NCBI GenBank assembly: GCA_963740025.1
Contig: CAVUCI010000011.1
Coordinates: 294,825 to 358,824, forward strand
Source: an uncultured Alphaproteobacteria bacterium
GTDB taxonomy: Bacteria; Pseudomonadota; Alphaproteobacteria; Sphingomonadales; Sphingomonadaceae
Length of the DNA stretch: 64,000 nucleotides
Direction of reading: 5' to 3'
Part shown: positions 1 through 11,229 of the stretch, in pieces
Position numbering within the stretch: the first letter of the stretch is position 1
How the letters are laid out: each line of letters opens with the position of its first letter
The notes under the pieces: model-generated
What the model was told of the DNA's origin: nothing
The model's input: only the letters and a program-made list of their open reading frames with translations
The model's database searches: none
Position numbers and translations under genes: made by a program

Positions 1-1913
1 AGCCGGTCAAGCGATTGCTCGCCGGTGCCGGTCGCCGCGAGCCACGGGAAGCGCAGGCCCCCGTGATAATCGATCGGGATCGTGGCGTATGTGCTCCCGC
101 GTTTTACCAGCAATTCGATGGGCGTTTTCGTGTCCTTGGCGGCGGTGATGGCGGCCTTGATCGTGTCCGCCGAATACGCTTCGCCATTGACCGCGACGAT
201 CCGGGCGCCCTTGACGATCCCGGCATCGAACGCGGGACCGTCCCACAGCGCCGATCCGACATCCCCGTCCTTGTCGATCGACATACCCAGCGAGTAGGTC
301 AGGTCGAGCGACTTCGACGCGTCCATCCGCCCCTTCTGGTACGGGTTGGGCGTGTCGCGCCAGACCAGGCGGTAACCCGCCATTTCTATTCCCTTGAGAG
401 GGGCCGGCTGCCCGGGAGTGAGCAGGCGCGTGGTCAGGAAACCAGCCCAGTCGTACGGGTAGACGCTGTTCAGGGTGCCGACGATATCGTCGAACGTGTA
501 AGTCAACTCTCCCCAGTCGCCATCTCGCATCCCGAAGAACGCCTTGGCGAAATCGTCCATCCCCCTGGCGCCGTTGGTGCCCTTGCGAATGATCTGGTCC
601 GCCTCGAGCCAAGTGAGCGCGCCTTCGGTGTAATAGTCTTCGCTTCGCTCGAGCGACGGGTACGGGTGCGGCTTTCGTGCAGCCATGATCGGATCGTTCG
701 TGGTGTCGCCCACGTCGCGCCATGCGCGGCCAGGCTGCCCTTCCGAATAATAGGCGGCCGCATTGGCGATCGTGCCCAGGATGGTGTCCTTGCTCTGGAT
801 GCCCGAGCGGGCGGCGAGAATCCATCCCCAGAACTGGGTTTGCCCTTCGTACAGCCACAGAAGCGAGCCCTGCATCGGCGTGCGGTAATCGGGCGTCCAC
901 AGGTCGGCCGGGCGGCGGTACTTGCCGTTCCAGCTATGGACCAGTTCGTGCGCGACCACGTTGTGGTCCCAATCCATCTCGTCCCACTTGGTGAAGGCGT
1001 CCGGCTCGAACTGATTCTCGGCCGAACGATGATGTTCGAGCCCGATTCCGCCCATGCGGTCGGTCAGCGCGAGCAGCATGTCGTAGTGATCGAAATGGCG
1101 CGCGCCGAACAGCGCATCGGCTTCGTCGATCAGGTTCTTGAACGACTGCAGGTTCTGCGGGGCGAGCGCGAGCTGCGCGGGCTTGTCGGCGACCACGTCG
1201 AGGTTCACGTTCTCGGCGATGTTCCATCTTTGCGCGTATTTCCCCGCGAAGATCGGCGAATCGACCAACGTTTCGTAATCGGTCGTGTCCCAGGTGACCG
1301 CGTCGCCGCTCGCCTTCTGTCCATCGAGCGCGGTGAAGGCGGTCCATCCCTGCGGAAAGGCGACGGTCGGCTTGATCGCGATCTTCCGGGTGTAGTGGCC
1401 CGCCGGGTAGAGGCTCATCTTCTCCCATTGCAGGTTGAGCATTTCCTGGGTCATCGTGATCCGCCCCTCGCTGCCGGTAATGGGCGAGGTGTGGACGAAT
1501 TGCGCGACGAGCTTCTTCGTTCCCTTCGGCACCGGCACCGTGAAGGCATAGACGTCGAGCGGGTCGCGCTTCCATGCCACCGGCTTGCCGTCGGCGAGAA
1601 AGCGGATGTTGCTCAGCAGCGAGATCGGCCCGCGCGCGGCGTGGTTGCCGGGCAGCCATTCGGGAAACAGCAGCGTGACGCTGTCCGTGCCGGGCGCGAG
1701 CGGGATCGTCTCGGTCACCTTGTAGAGGCCGCGCCGGGTATCGGTCGCGTCGATCTTGAGGTCGATCGTCCCACCGGGCCACGCGGTGTCGGCGGGGACC
1801 GGGGTCTGGTCCGGCAACTGCACGGCAGCCGGGGCCGACTTGGCGACCTGGGCATGAGCGGGAACGGAGAGGGCGAGGAGAGCGAGCGGCGCGACCGCGA
1901 TTCTGAAGTTCAT
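1..1913 (-). CDS. M61 family glycyl aminopeptidase, secreted; C-terminus lies beyond the left edge
   Basis: Frame is open from ATG at 1913 to the window edge with no stop, so it is absent from the supplied track. My reverse-complement translation starts [22 protein letters not shown] (signal peptide). It contains [10 protein letters not shown] (HExxH zinc motif) and a PDZ-like [14 protein letters not shown] near the end. Codons are GC3-rich. Confidence 0.8.
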   Translation of the reverse strand, partial: MNFRIAVAPLALLALSVPAHAQVAKSAPAAVQLPDQTPVPADTAWPGGTIDLKIDATDTRRGLYKVTETIPLAPGTDSVTLLFPEWLPGNHAARGPISLLSNIRFLADGKPVAWKRDPLDVYAFTVPVPKGTKKLVAQFVHTSPITGSEGRITMTQEMLNLQWEKMSLYPAGHYTRKIAIKPTVAFPQGWTAFTALDGQKASGDAVTWDTTDYETLVDSPIFAGKYAQRWNIAENVNLDVVADKPAQLALAPQNLQSFKNLIDEADALFGARHFDHYDMLLALTDRMGGIGLEHHRSAENQFEPDAFTKWDEMDWDHNVVAHELVHSWNGKYRRPADLWTPDYRTPMQGSLLWLYEGQTQFWGWILAARSGIQSKDTILGTIANAAAYYSEGQPGRAWRDVGDTTNDPIMAARKPHPYPSLERSEDYYTEGALTWLEADQIIRKGTNGARGMDDFAKAFFGMRDGDWGELTYTFDDIVGTLNSVYPYDWAGFLTTRLLTPGQPAPLKGIEMAGYRLVWRDTPNPYQKGRMDASKSLDLTYSLGMSIDKDGDVGSALWDGPAFDAGIVKGARIVAVNGEAYSADTIKAAITAAKDTKTPIELLVKRGSTYATIPIDYHGGLRFPWLAATGTGEQSLDR

Positions 1914-2006
1914 GACGGTGCCAATGCGCGAACGGCCCATCGGTTGCAAGGCACGCTTCGACGAGCGACTTTCATGGAGGGGACGAACGCGCTAACGGGC
2001 CACGCG

Positions 2007-3380
2007 ATGAGCAAGACCCCCCAAGCGATCCGCGGTACGCAGGATATCTTCGGCGCCGAAGCCGAGGCGTTCGCGTTCGTCGTCGAGACCTTCGAGCGCG
2101 TGCGCAAGCTGTATCGCTTTCGCCGGATCGAGATGCCGGTGTTCGAGCGGACAGAGGTTTTCGCCCGCTCGATCGGCGAGACGACCGACATCGTCTCCAA
2201 GGAAATGTATTCGTTCGAGGATCGCGGCGGGGAGAGCCTGACGCTGCGACCTGAATTCACCGCGGGTATCGCCCGCGCCTTCATTACCGACGGCTGGCAG
2301 CAGCACGCCCCGCTGAAAGTCGCGACGCACGGGCCCCTGTTCCGATACGAGCGTCCGCAGAAGGGCCGTTACCGCCAGTTCCACCAGCTCGATGCCGAGA
2401 TCATCGGCGCAGGCGAGCCGCAGGCCGACGTGGAGCTGCTGGCAATGGCGGACCAGCTGCTGATGGAGCTCGGCATTTCGGACGGGGTGACGCTGCACCT
2501 CAACACGCTGGGTGACGGCGACAGCCGCGAGGCCTGGCGAGCGGCGCTAGTGGATTACTTTCTCGCGGTGAAGGGTGAGCTGAGCGAGGATTCGCAGGAG
2601 CGGCTCGAGAAGAACCCGCTGCGCATACTCGACAGCAAGGACCCGCGCGACAAGGCCTTCGTTGCCGATGCGCCGAAGATCGACGATTACCTGTCGGCAG
2701 AGGCGCAGCACTTCTTCGGCAAGGTGACGGCCGGGCTCGATGCCGCCGGCGTCGCGTGGGAACGCGACCCGGCGCTGGTGCGCGGCCTCGACTACTACCG
2801 CCACACCGCGTTCGAGTTCGTGACAGATCGGCTGGGCGCACAGGGTACGGTACTCGGCGGCGGACGTTACGACGGGCTGATGGAATCACTCGGCGGACCG
2901 GCGACCCCGGCGGTTGGCTGGGCAGCCGGGATCGAGCGGCTGGCGATGCTATGCGGGGAAAAGGCACCCAAGCCGCGGTTCGATGTCGCGATAATTCCGC
3001 TGGACGAAGCCGCGATGGCGCAGGCCTACGGTCTTGCGCGGACCTTGCGCGAACAATGGAACAACGTCGAAATCCTGGCGACCGGCAAGATGAAGAAGCG
3101 CATGGCGCGGGCAAACGACGGCGGGGCGCTGCTCGCGGTGATCATCGGCGAGGAGGAACTGGCCGCCGGGGAAGTCACCGTGCGCGACCTGGCTGAAGGC
3201 GAACAAATCCGCGTGGCTCCCAAACATGTCGCCGACATCGCATTGAAGGCGCAGAACGCACACTGGCTGCGCGAGTCAGAGGCGATGGGGATCGAGGTCC
3301 CCGACATGGACGCCTGGCCCGAAGACCTGCCGGATGGCTTCTTCGCCAATCCCGAGGATCGCGATCGGGGCTTCGAGTGA
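2007..3380 (+). CDS. hisS: histidine--tRNA ligase
   Basis: Part of track ORF 15..3380. The real start is at [16 protein letters not shown] (ATG 2007). Class II HisS motifs are present: [21 protein letters not shown] and GGGRYDGL. The stop overlaps the prfA start (GTGA). Confidence 0.93.
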   Translation: MSKTPQAIRGTQDIFGAEAEAFAFVVETFERVRKLYRFRRIEMPVFERTEVFARSIGETTDIVSKEMYSFEDRGGESLTLRPEFTAGIARAFITDGWQQHAPLKVATHGPLFRYERPQKGRYRQFHQLDAEIIGAGEPQADVELLAMADQLLMELGISDGVTLHLNTLGDGDSREAWRAALVDYFLAVKGELSEDSQERLEKNPLRILDSKDPRDKAFVADAPKIDDYLSAEAQHFFGKVTAGLDAAGVAWERDPALVRGLDYYRHTAFEFVTDRLGAQGTVLGGGRYDGLMESLGGPATPAVGWAAGIERLAMLCGEKAPKPRFDVAIIPLDEAAMAQAYGLARTLREQWNNVEILATGKMKKRMARANDGGALLAVIIGEEELAAGEVTVRDLAEGEQIRVAPKHVADIALKAQNAHWLRESEAMGIEVPDMDAWPEDLPDGFFANPEDRDRGFE

Positions 3381-4447
3381 CCGTCCCCGCCGAACGGCTC
3401 GACCGGATCGCGCACCGGTTTTCCGAACTCGAAGCGAGGCTGGCATCCGGCACGCTCGAAGGCGAGGCGTTCGTCGCTGCTAGCCGCGATTACTCCGAGC
3501 TCGAGCCCATCGTTCGGCTGGCCGAGCAGGTCCGCACCATGCGCGGTGAGCTCGAAGAGCTGGAGGCGCTCGACGACGCGGATCCCGATATGAAGGCGCT
3601 CGCCGAGGAAGAGATCATGCGCCTGCGCAATGAACTTCCCGATGCCGAACGCGAACTCGCCATCGCCATGCTGCCCCGCGACAGTGCCGATGCGCGCCCC
3701 GCGATGCTCGAGATCCGCGCCGGCACCGGGGGTGACGAAGCAGCGTTGTTCGCCGCCGACCTCTATCGCATGTACGAGCGCTATGCCGCCGAGCAGGGCT
3801 GGCGCGTCGAGCCGGTCAGCATGAACGCCAGCGACATCGGCGGCTTCAAGGAAATCGTCGCCAACGTCGCTGGCAGCGGCGTGTTCGCCAAGCTGAAGTT
3901 CGAGAGCGGCGTCCACCGCGTGCAGCGCGTGCCGGTGACCGAGAGTGGCGGGCGCATCCATACTTCGGCCGCGACCGTCGCGGTCCTGCCCGAGCCCGAT
4001 GAGGTCGACGTCCATATCGAGGACAAGGACCTCAAGATCGACGTCTATCGCGCGAGCGGGGCGGGCGGGCAGCACGTCAACACCACCGACAGCGCGGTCC
4101 GCATCACTCACCTGCCGACCGGCACCGTCGTGACCTGCCAGGACGCGCGCAGTCAGCACAAGAATCGGGAGAAGGCGATGCAGGTCCTTCGTGCCCGGCT
4201 CTACGAGGCGCAGCGCGAGGCGACCCAGGGCGCCGAGGCCGAGGCGCGCAAGGCGATGGTCGGCTCCGGCGACCGCTCCGAGCGCATCCGCACTTACAAT
4301 TTCCCGCAAGGGCGGGTGACCGATCACCGCATCGGGCTGACGTTGCACAAGCTCGATGAAGTGCTTGCGGGACCGGGCCTGGGCGAACTGGTCGATGCGC
4401 TGATCGCGGAGGACGAAGCCAAGCGGCTCGCCGCTCTCGGTGAATAG
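3377..4447 (+). CDS. prfA: peptide chain release factor 1
   Basis: GTG start. Contains the GGQ motif ([23 protein letters not shown]). Followed by prmC, as is usual. Confidence 0.95.
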   Translation: MTVPAERLDRIAHRFSELEARLASGTLEGEAFVAASRDYSELEPIVRLAEQVRTMRGELEELEALDDADPDMKALAEEEIMRLRNELPDAERELAIAMLPRDSADARPAMLEIRAGTGGDEAALFAADLYRMYERYAAEQGWRVEPVSMNASDIGGFKEIVANVAGSGVFAKLKFESGVHRVQRVPVTESGGRIHTSAATVAVLPEPDEVDVHIEDKDLKIDVYRASGAGGQHVNTTDSAVRITHLPTGTVVTCQDARSQHKNREKAMQVLRARLYEAQREATQGAEAEARKAMVGSGDRSERIRTYNFPQGRVTDHRIGLTLHKLDEVLAGPGLGELVDALIAEDEAKRLAALGE

Positions 4448-4459
4448 GGCACTCGGCGA

Positions 4460-5287
4460 ATGACCGTCAGGCTCGCGATCGCCGAAGCGGCGGAAATTCT
4501 CGCCGCGACATCCGACACGGCGCGGCTCGATGCCGAACTGCTGATGGCGGGTCTGCTCGGGGTCGGACGCGGAGAGATGCTGCTGCGTCATCTGAGCGAA
4601 GAGACGCCCTCGGGCTGGGGTCACCTGGTCCGCCGCCGGATGGAGCGCGAACCGGTGGCCTACATCCTCGGTCGGCAGGAATTCTATGGCCGCGAATTCG
4701 CGGTTTCGCCTGCAGTTCTCATACCGCGCGCAGACAGCGAGACCACTGTCCTGGCGGCGCTCGACGCGCGTCCGGCGCCCGCCCGCGTGCTCGATTGCGG
4801 GGTTGGTTCGGGCGCGCTCCTGCTTACGATCCTCGCCGAGCGACCGGGTTCGTCAGGCGTCGGGATCGATCGTTCGCCGGATGCAATCGCAATTGCCAGC
4901 GACAACGCCCATGCGCTCGGGCTGGCGGCTCGCTGCGACTTGCGGCTCGCAGATTGGACGCAAGGGGGGTGGAGCGAAGGGCTTGGGCCGTTCGACCTGG
5001 TTATCGCCAACCCGCCTTATGTCGAGGACACCGCCGAACTCGAACCCGACGTGCGCGATCATGAGCCGGCCGGCGCCCTGTTTGCCGGGGCGGACGGGCT
5101 CGACGATTATCGACTTCTGATCCCCCGGCTTCCGGCGCTGCTCGAGCCTGACGGAGTCGCGGTACTCGAAATCGGGTTTTCCCAGGCCGATTCGGTGACC
5201 GCGATCGCCGCCGAACTGGGGCTCTCGGCGGAATTGCGGCGAGACCTGGGCGGACGTCCGCGTGCGCTTATCCTCCGCCTAAACTGA
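4460..5287 (+). CDS. prmC: release factor glutamine N5-methyltransferase
   Basis: SAM-binding VLDCGVGSGAL and catalytic NPPY (VIANPPYV). Lies directly downstream of prfA. Confidence 0.9.
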   Translation: MTVRLAIAEAAEILAATSDTARLDAELLMAGLLGVGRGEMLLRHLSEETPSGWGHLVRRRMEREPVAYILGRQEFYGREFAVSPAVLIPRADSETTVLAALDARPAPARVLDCGVGSGALLLTILAERPGSSGVGIDRSPDAIAIASDNAHALGLAARCDLRLADWTQGGWSEGLGPFDLVIANPPYVEDTAELEPDVRDHEPAGALFAGADGLDDYRLLIPRLPALLEPDGVAVLEIGFSQADSVTAIAAELGLSAELRRDLGGRPRALILRLN

Positions 5288-5527
5288 CTTAGGGCTTGGC
5301 AAACGCGCGCGCGGTGTCTAACTCGGGTGCCAGACCCACCGGTCATGGCATGTGTGTCGCCGGCCCGGGTCTAGCTCCGACATTTGCTAGGCCGTCCGGG
5401 TGCGAAACCCGTTGGACAGGGCAAATGGGGCACCGCGCATCCATGCCGGATCGCGGCGATAGGGGTCATGCGGCCGTACCCGGCACCGGGATCGATCGGG
5501 CAGCCACTGAGAAGGAAGCGTTTTTCC

Positions 5528-6328
5528 TTGAATAACAATCGCAATAACAACCGCCGCCGCGGTCGCGGTAATCGCCAGCAGGGCGGTGGCAACCAGAATC
5601 GAGTCGACAGCCGGGCGCGGGGCAACGCGCCGCAACTGCTCGACAAGTACAAGAAGCTTGCGCAGGACGCCGCACACAATGGCGACCGGGTGCAGGCCGA
5701 GTACTACCTCCAGTTCGCCGACCACTATTTCCGTGTAATCGCGGACAACAAAGCGCGCCAGGACGAGGCGCGCGGTGGCGGCAGGCGCGACAATTCGGAC
5801 GATGACGACGGCGATGAGGACGATTTCGATTCGCCGCGCCAGAACGATGGGCGCCAGAACGATAATCGCCAGAACGATGGCCGCCGCGGCGGCCGGAACG
5901 ATCGCCAGAACGATCGGGGCGGGGATCGCAACGATCGCCAGCGTGGTCGCAACCGTGGCGACAACCAAGACGACAATCGCTCGCGCGGCGAGGATTTCGA
6001 TGACGACGCAAACGATGGTCGCGATGATGGCGAAGGCAATCCCTTCACCCGCGGCAATCGCGGTCGTAATCGCCAGCAGGCGGGCCAGGACAAGGACGCC
6101 GACGGAGAGACGCGCCGGCCGCGAGGCAGACGGGCTGCCAGCCGCGACGAAAGCGTGACCAGCGACGCCGGTGAAATCGACGCAGCGGCGCTGCCGCCCT
6201 CGATCTCGGGCTCCGACGAACCTGCGGAGGCGGAAGAAAAGCCCAAGCGCAAGCTCCCGCCCCGCCGTCGCCGGCCCGCCGCCGACGAAAGCGGCGAGGA
6301 TGGCGAAAGCCTGAAGGCAGTCGGCTGA
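5528..6328 (+). CDS. DUF4167 domain protein, Arg/Asn/Asp-rich low complexity
   Basis: Conserved core APQLLDKYKKLAQDAAHNGDRVQAEYYLQFADHYFRV. I prefer the TTG start at 5528 (LNNNRNNNRRRGRG) because GAAGGAAG lies about 10 nt upstream. An in-frame ATG at 5468 is an alternative. Confidence 0.7.
   Translation: MNNNRNNNRRRGRGNRQQGGGNQNRVDSRARGNAPQLLDKYKKLAQDAAHNGDRVQAEYYLQFADHYFRVIADNKARQDEARGGGRRDNSDDDDGDEDDFDSPRQNDGRQNDNRQNDGRRGGRNDRQNDRGGDRNDRQRGRNRGDNQDDNRSRGEDFDDDANDGRDDGEGNPFTRGNRGRNRQQAGQDKDADGETRRPRGRRAASRDESVTSDAGEIDAAALPPSISGSDEPAEAEEKPKRKLPPRRRRPAADESGEDGESLKAVG
5837..5940 (+). repeat. in-frame tandem 12-mer repeats CGCCAGAACGAT (RQND) inside the DUF4167 gene
   Basis: Exact copies at 5837-5848, 5852-5863, 5867-5878 and 5903-5914, plus degenerate copies. 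Protein reads RQNDGRQNDNRQNDGRRGGRNDRQNDRGGDRNDRQ. Confidence 0.85.
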
Positions 6329-6350
6329 TCGCGTAGCGGCGGCGCGACCC

Positions 6351-7928
6351 GTGGAGCACCGGCCGTCCCGCCTGTGGGCTGCGATCGCGTCGCGTCCGCG
6401 TATTGCGGCGCTGGCCTGTGGCCTCGTCGCCGCGCTCGGTTTCCCTCCGCTCGGCCTCTGGCCCTTGGCGCTCATCGGGCTCGCCGCGTTCGTTGCGCTG
6501 ATTGCCCGCGCGACCGATTGGAAGCACGCCGCCAGGCTCGGCTGGCTGTTCGGCGTGGCTCACTTCACGTTCGCCAACAACTGGATTGCCGCGGCGTTCA
6601 CGCATCAGTCCGAGATGCCGGCCTTCCTGGGCTGGATCGCAGTGCCGCTGCTCGCACTGTACCTGGCGGTCTATCCGGCGATCTGCGCCGGGCTGGCGCG
6701 CGCCGTCGGCGGGTCCCGCCCGCTGTCGCTCGCACTAGCGTTCGGGGGTGCCTGGGCGGTATCGGAATGGCTGCGCAGCTGGGTCTTCACCGGGTATGCG
6801 TGGGATCCGCTGGGCCTCATGTTCCTCGGCCCGTTCGACCGGCCGGGTCTCGCCGCGCTGCTGCCGTGGCTTGGGACTTACGCCCTTTCGGGACTTGCGG
6901 CGTTGATCGCCGGTGGTCTCGCGGCAATGGCGAACTCCCGCGCCTGGCTGCGGGTAGCGGCGATTTTCGTTCTCCTGGCCATCGGCATGTATCTGCCGGG
7001 ACCGGCGAGCCGCGAAGGTTCACGGGAATTCACCCTTATTCAGCCGGGTTTCCGCCAGGCCGAGATCGACGATCCAGCCGAGTTCGAAAACCAGTTCCAG
7101 ACCCTCGCCCGTCTTACCGCACCGCGGCGCGACAAGGGCGAGCGGCTCGTCCTCTGGCCGGAATCCGGCCTGCCCGACTATCTGCGCCCCGGCTATCCGA
7201 AGCGATATTACCTCGCCACGACCGCGGGCGCCGATCCGACATTCGCTCGCGATCGCATCGCCGAGGTGATCGGCAAGGGCAGCGTGCTGATGAGCGGCGC
7301 GGTCGATCTGGAGATCGAGAACGGTCACGCGGTGGGCGCCTACAACGCCGTGACGGCGCTCGACGATACGGGCGATTTCGTGGGCAGCTATTACAAGGCG
7401 CACCTCGTTCCCTATGGCGAGTATCTCGCGCTTCGCTGGCTGCTCGAGCCGCTGGGGGCGACCCGGTTGGTGGCGGGGAGCATCGATTTCATCCCCGGGC
7501 CCGGCCCGCGCACGATCGATCTTGGTGAATGGGGCCGCGCGGGCATCCAGATCTGTTACGAGATCGTTTTTTCGGGCCAGGTCGTCGATCGCAGCGACCG
7601 ACCGGAATTCATCTTCAACCCGTCGAACGACGGTTGGTTCGGCCATTTCGGCCCGCCCCAGCACTTCGCCCAGGCGCGGATGCGCGCGATCGAGGAAGGA
7701 CTGCCGGTGCTCCGCGCCACGGTGAACGGGATCAGCGGAGTCATCGACGCGCACGGTGTGGTCCGCGCGCACCTGCCGACGAGCTTTACCGGCGGCCGGA
7801 TCGATGGACGTATCCCGTTGCCACTAGCCCCGACCTGGTTCGCGCGCACCGGCAATCTCCTGCCTCTCGGCTGGGCCGCGCTGCTGATTGCGCTATCGCT
7901 GCTTGTCAGGCGGCGGAGGGGTCGCTAG
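6351..7928 (+). CDS. lnt: apolipoprotein N-acyltransferase
   Basis: 525 aa. N-terminal multi-TM region (GFPPLGLWPLALIGLAAF) plus a C-terminal CN-hydrolase domain (VLWPESG, ICYEIVF). GTG start. Confidence 0.88.
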   Translation: MEHRPSRLWAAIASRPRIAALACGLVAALGFPPLGLWPLALIGLAAFVALIARATDWKHAARLGWLFGVAHFTFANNWIAAAFTHQSEMPAFLGWIAVPLLALYLAVYPAICAGLARAVGGSRPLSLALAFGGAWAVSEWLRSWVFTGYAWDPLGLMFLGPFDRPGLAALLPWLGTYALSGLAALIAGGLAAMANSRAWLRVAAIFVLLAIGMYLPGPASREGSREFTLIQPGFRQAEIDDPAEFENQFQTLARLTAPRRDKGERLVLWPESGLPDYLRPGYPKRYYLATTAGADPTFARDRIAEVIGKGSVLMSGAVDLEIENGHAVGAYNAVTALDDTGDFVGSYYKAHLVPYGEYLALRWLLEPLGATRLVAGSIDFIPGPGPRTIDLGEWGRAGIQICYEIVFSGQVVDRSDRPEFIFNPSNDGWFGHFGPPQHFAQARMRAIEEGLPVLRATVNGISGVIDAHGVVRAHLPTSFTGGRIDGRIPLPLAPTWFARTGNLLPLGWAALLIALSLLVRRRRGR

Positions 7929-7982
7929 GTCCGCGCTCGCATCCAGACATAAAGCTTTCCTTATATGGGGTCCCGACACACC

Positions 7983-9200
7983 ATGCGTTCCGACTTCCTG
8001 TTCACGTCCGAATCGGTTTCCGAAGGGCACCCCGACAAGGTTTCCGACCAGATTTCCGACGCAATCGTCGACCTGTTTCTGTCGAAGGACCCGCACGCCC
8101 GGGTCGCTTGCGAGACGCTGACGACCACCCAGAAGGTCGTGCTCGCGGGCGAGATCCGCGGTGAGGGGATCATGGACCGGGATGGCAACTGGGCGCCTGG
8201 CATCGAGCAGGAGATCGAGGATACCGTGCGCGGCGTGGTGCGTGACATCGGCTACGAGCAGAAGGGCTTCCACTGGCAGACGCTCGATTTCTCGAACAAT
8301 CTCCACGGCCAGTCGGCGCACATCGCGCAAGGCGTCGACGCAGGTGAAAACAAGGACGAAGGCGCGGGCGACCAGGGCATCATGTTCGGCTTTGCCTGCG
8401 ACGAAACGCCCGACCTGATGCCGGCGACGCTCGATTACAGCCACAAGATACTTCAGCGCATGGCCGAGGACCGCAAGAGCGGAAAGGCAAAGTTCCTCGA
8501 GCCCGATGCCAAGAGTCAGGTCACGCTTCGCTTTCGCGGTGGCAAGCCGGTCGCGGCCACGGCGATCGTCGTTTCGACCCAGCACGCCAAGGGCTATGAC
8601 GAAGGCGCGAAAGAGGCCGAGCTGCACAATTACGTGCGCGGCGTGATCGCAGACGTTCTTCCGCGCGAACTGCTGACCAATGAAACGGTCTACCACATCA
8701 ATCCGACCGGCTCGTTCGAGATCGGCGGCCCCGATGGTGACGCGGGTCTTACGGGTCGCAAGATTATCGTCGATACATATGGCGGTGCGGCCCCCCATGG
8801 CGGCGGCGCGTTCAGCGGCAAGGACCCGACCAAGGTCGATCGATCGGCGGCTTACGTCACCCGCTATCTCGCCAAGAACGTCGTCGCGGCGGGGCTTGCC
8901 AGTCGTTGCACGATCCAGGTCGCTTACGCGATCGGCGTCTCGCAGCCGCTGTCGCTTTACGTCGACACTCACGGCACCGGCACGGTCGCCGACGAGAAGC
9001 TGGAGGAGGCGATCACCAAGGTCGCGGGCGACAAGCTCGGCGGGCTGACCCCGCGCGGCATCCGCGAGGGGCTGGGCCTCAACAAGCCGATCTACCGCAA
9101 GACCGCCGCGTACGGCCACTTCGGGCGTCAACCTTCGGGCGACGAGTTCCCGTGGGAGAAGACCGACCTCGTCGATGCGCTGAAGGCCGCCGTGGCCTGA
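7983..9200 (+). CDS. metK: S-adenosylmethionine synthase
   Basis: [42 protein letters not shown] and [17 protein letters not shown] chose ATG 7983 over the in-frame ATG 7965 by homology of the N-terminus. Confidence 0.95.
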   Translation: MRSDFLFTSESVSEGHPDKVSDQISDAIVDLFLSKDPHARVACETLTTTQKVVLAGEIRGEGIMDRDGNWAPGIEQEIEDTVRGVVRDIGYEQKGFHWQTLDFSNNLHGQSAHIAQGVDAGENKDEGAGDQGIMFGFACDETPDLMPATLDYSHKILQRMAEDRKSGKAKFLEPDAKSQVTLRFRGGKPVAATAIVVSTQHAKGYDEGAKEAELHNYVRGVIADVLPRELLTNETVYHINPTGSFEIGGPDGDAGLTGRKIIVDTYGGAAPHGGGAFSGKDPTKVDRSAAYVTRYLAKNVVAAGLASRCTIQVAYAIGVSQPLSLYVDTHGTGTVADEKLEEAITKVAGDKLGGLTPRGIREGLGLNKPIYRKTAAYGHFGRQPSGDEFPWEKTDLVDALKAAVA

Positions 9201-9332
9201 CCGGCCGGGCTACGGAGCCGCTCGATCGAGCCGTCCGGGCCGCTGCATCGAACCTTCCCTTGCGCTGGGCGCGTCGGTGACTAGCCTGCGCGCCTTGGCC
9301 AGCGCGCAACCGCGCCACACGGGCGATCCTAC

Positions 9333-11204
9333 ATGCTGCAGACCGACCGCCGTTCAATCCTGACCATCGCCGCGAGCCTTCCGTTCGCCAGCGCCGCCCT
9401 GCCGGCTTTCGCTCAAACCGCGGCCGACGGCGCCACGGTCACCTGGGACCTGACCGACATCTATCCCGACTGGATGGCGTGGAATGCGGCGCACCAGCAG
9501 GTGCTCGACGCGCTGCCGCGGCTCAAGGGCTATGAAGGTCACCTGGGCGACGGCGCCGAGGTCATGGCAAAGGCGCTGGCCAACATGTCCGACGTGGAAA
9601 AGACCGCGGCGCGGGTGGCGATCTATGCTTCGCTGCGGTCCGACGAGGACGTTCGCGTCGCCGAGAACCAGGAGCGCGACGGCCAGGCGACCGACATGTA
9701 CACCGCTCTCGGCAAGGCGACCTCGTGGGTCGCGCCGGAAGTTCTCGCGCTCGGCAAGGACAAGGTGGACGGGTTCATCGCGCAGAGCCCGACTTTGCAG
9801 CGACGCTTCGCCTTTTCGCTTCACAACATTTTGCGCGGGGCGGAACATGTTCTCGATGCGCAAGGCGAGCGGCTGCTCGCTGGCGCCAGCGCACCGCTCG
9901 GTGCCCCGTCCGACGTGCGCAGCCAACTCGCCGCTTCGGACATTCCCCGCCCCACGGTCACCCTTTCCGACGGGCGCGAAGTAAAGCTCGACGACCAGGG
10001 GTATACCCTGACGCGCGATGCCCCGAACCGGGACGACCGCAAGCTGGTGTTCGACAAGTTCTGGCATTCGTACGCGGAATTCAGCAACTCGCTCGGCGCG
10101 GCCTATGCCGCGAAGATCAAGGGCGACATCTTTCGCGCGAATTCACGCGATTATCCCAACACGCTGTCCTGGGCGCTCGACGGGCCGAATATCCCCGAAG
10201 CCGTCTATCGGACGCTGGTCGACGAGGTGAACAAGGGGCTGCCCCAGCTGCAGCGTTATTTCGACCTGCGCCGGCGAGTCCTTGGCCTCCCCGATATCGG
10301 TTACTACGATATCTATCCGCCGCTGGTAACGCTCGATCGCAAGTTCACGCTGACCGACATGCGCAATATCGCGCTTGAGGCGCTGAAGCCCTTTGGTCCG
10401 GAATATGTGGGGTTGCTGCGCGATGCGACGGCCCGGAAGTGGATGGACCCGTTTCCTCGACCTGGCAAAAGCTCGGGTGCCTACATGAACGGGGGGGTCT
10501 ACGACGTGCACCCCTATCTGCTGCTCAACCTGGGCGAGAACTACGAGGGTGCATCGACCTATGCCCACGAGTGGGGCCACGCGATCCACACGATGCTGGC
10601 CAAGGCCAACAACCCCTACGAGACCTACAGGTATGCCACTTTCATCGCCGAGATCGCCTCGACCGTGAACGAGGTATTCGTTGCGCGCTACATGATGGAG
10701 CGAGCAAGGACGAAGGAAGAGAAGCTCTACTACCTCGGCATGCAGCTCGAGAACGCGCGGGGCACGTTCTTCCGCCAGACCCAGTTCGTGGAATTTGAGT
10801 TGAAGGCGCACGAGCTGGGCGAGAACGGCGAGGGCATGTCGGGCAAGAAGTTCGCCGAAATCTACTACGACATCCTGCGCCGCTACCACGGCGAGAAGAT
10901 GATCCTGCCCGACTATGTCGCTCACGAGTGGTCGTACATCTCGCACTTTTTCCGCAGTACGCCGTACTACGTGTTCCAGTACGCGACCTCCATTTCGGCC
11001 GGCACGTGGTTCGCCAACCGCATCCTCGACGGCGGTGCCAGGGAACGCGACCAATTCCTCGCCGTGCTGAAGGCCGGTGGGTCGGACTATCCGGTCGACA
11101 TTCTCAAGAAGAAGGCCGGGCTCGATATGACCAAGCCCGAAGTCTACCGCGATTTCGTGGCAACCTTCAGCAAGACGATGGATCAGATCGAAGCACTGCT
11201 CTGA
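9333..11204 (+). CDS. M3 family oligoendopeptidase (PepF-like), probably exported
   Basis: 623 aa. HEWGHAIH zinc motif. N-terminus MLQTDRRSILTIAASLPFASAALPAFAQ resembles a Tat/Sec signal. Confidence 0.85.
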   Translation: MLQTDRRSILTIAASLPFASAALPAFAQTAADGATVTWDLTDIYPDWMAWNAAHQQVLDALPRLKGYEGHLGDGAEVMAKALANMSDVEKTAARVAIYASLRSDEDVRVAENQERDGQATDMYTALGKATSWVAPEVLALGKDKVDGFIAQSPTLQRRFAFSLHNILRGAEHVLDAQGERLLAGASAPLGAPSDVRSQLAASDIPRPTVTLSDGREVKLDDQGYTLTRDAPNRDDRKLVFDKFWHSYAEFSNSLGAAYAAKIKGDIFRANSRDYPNTLSWALDGPNIPEAVYRTLVDEVNKGLPQLQRYFDLRRRVLGLPDIGYYDIYPPLVTLDRKFTLTDMRNIALEALKPFGPEYVGLLRDATARKWMDPFPRPGKSSGAYMNGGVYDVHPYLLLNLGENYEGASTYAHEWGHAIHTMLAKANNPYETYRYATFIAEIASTVNEVFVARYMMERARTKEEKLYYLGMQLENARGTFFRQTQFVEFELKAHELGENGEGMSGKKFAEIYYDILRRYHGEKMILPDYVAHEWSYISHFFRSTPYYVFQYATSISAGTWFANRILDGGARERDQFLAVLKAGGSDYPVDILKKKAGLDMTKPEVYRDFVATFSKTMDQIEALL

Positions 11205-11229
11205 AGGGGCTCCAACCGTCCCCGCCCGC

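Noticed and set aside
5387-6475. 362-aa minus-strand ORF and other overlapping ORFs across the DUF4167 gene
   Set aside because: They are low-complexity mirror frames of the repeat-rich DUF4167 coding region. The plus frame carries the conserved DUF4167 core motif.
6374-7528. 384-aa alternative-frame ORF inside lnt
   Set aside because: It is the same strand but out of frame with lnt, and it is an Arg/Gly/Pro-rich product. The lnt frame has the expected TM and CN-hydrolase features.
7929-7982. Possible SAM-responsive riboswitch upstream of metK (contains AAAGCTT)
   Set aside because: Only 54 nt lie between the lnt stop and the metK start. I cannot identify the paired elements or conserved tracts of SAM-II or SAM/SAH-type motifs by eye. 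It would need cmscan to revisit.
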